From Chromera velia (taxonomy: Eukaryota): a DNA stretch of 64,000 bases. This document shows positions 63,145-64,000 of this stretch, piece after piece (positions within the stretch are counted from its first letter, which is position 1; the number at the start of each line of letters is the position of its first letter). The notes beneath the pieces are model-generated. The model saw only the letters and a program-made list of their open reading frames with translations, had not been told where the DNA came from and did not search any database. Where the stretch lies: NCBI GenBank assembly GCA_018398765.1, contig JAHBMJ010000288.1, positions 62,001 through 126,000 of the forward strand, in the 5' to 3' direction. The translations under genes were made by a program, and so were the position numbers.

Positions 63145-63790
63145 TCACCAGCCCACCATCTCTTTGCGCTGTTCTCCTGGGATGTCCTCCAGGTCCAGCT
63201 GGAGGGCCCTGCCGACTCGACGGGCCCAGAGGTAAAGGCGGACGTTGGGCATGCCGGGGCCTATGCTGGACCCTCTCTGAAGCATCACAGCTTCCAGAGC
63301 CCTGTACTCGGCCCTGTACTTCTCTCTGTAGAAGTACAACTCCAGAGACCTGGCCTCGTCGTATACGTGCATTCTCGCTCTTCTGTCTAAGACTTCCATC
63401 TGGGAGGGCATCATCGCTAGGGCCACGGGACGTTGCAGCTTGACGAGAAAGCGAGAGTCCCCGTGAATGTTCGAGGGCACGCGAGCCTTTGCGCCTGTCG
63501 GCTCAATGCGCCCAGTGGTGAAATTTAAATGGACCTGGTCTGCCTGAAAGTAATCAGGGACCTCAGGGACGACAGGGAGACTCAGCGTCCCCCGCTCCCC
63601 CGAGACTGCCCTCTCACTCTCCTCATTCCCCTTCCCGACCCCCTCAGTTCCCTCTGCCCCTGCAGGCTGCTCTGCTGTCCTTCCCTCCTTTCCTTCTTGA
63701 TCCCCTGCCTCCCCCTTCTTCTGGCACTCCTGCTTGTGTCTCGCCTTCCAGTCAGACTTCTGACACTCCCTGGAGCAGTACGCAACGGCC
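63145..63790 (-). CDS. Last exon of a MYND-type zinc-finger protein (5' part lies beyond the window)
   Basis: The CCAG acceptor at 63791 is followed by AVAYCSRECQKSDWKARHKQEC (second half of zf-MYND) and a globular C-terminal domain ending at the stop at 63145. Confidence 0.88.
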
Positions 63791-64000
63791 CTGGATGTAG
63801 GTATGGCAAGGGAAGAAGGCAGGGAGGCAAACAAAGAGGCACAGGTCAATCGAAGGGACGGGGAGGCGGTGCAAGGGAGCGGCTGTGTGCGTGCGTGAGA
63901 GTGCAAGAGGAAGAGAAATGTTAGGAAGGAAAAAAAAAGACTCTGTGTGAGTCAATGCAAGAAGAGGACAAAAGAAAAGAGGCCGCGAAAGGTGCATCAA

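Overview
Eukaryotic nuclear DNA with many GT-AG spliceosomal introns, acceptors typically TGCAG, intronic microsatellites and abundant TGCATGCA motifs. It most resembles a chromerid alveolate such as Chromera velia (inferred from gene families and style, not proven). GC-balanced gene blocks alternate with sharply AT-rich intergenic islands. From left to right: the 3' part of a coiled-coil gene; a LINE relic; a broken ankyrin/LRR locus whose 3' end is cut by a nested pair of non-autonomous DNA transposons (outer element with an 8-bp TSD, inner element with a TA TSD); an intronless 872-aa orphan; a ~24 kb many-exon orphan gene with a signal-peptide-like start; an intronless tandem-HNH (I-HmuI-like) endonuclease with a mitochondrial-presequence-like N-terminus; a duplicated non-coding segment; a frameshifted coiled-coil gene; an LRR pseudogene; a secreted C-type lectin/EGF protein head-to-head with a PKA catalytic subunit gene; and the last exon of a MYND-finger gene. 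The strongest novelty candidates are the double-HNH nuclease possibly imported into an organelle, the nested MITE that re-terminated an LRR gene, and a possible RIP-like CpA>TpA decay of dead DNA. No rRNA, tRNA or CRISPR array was recognised.
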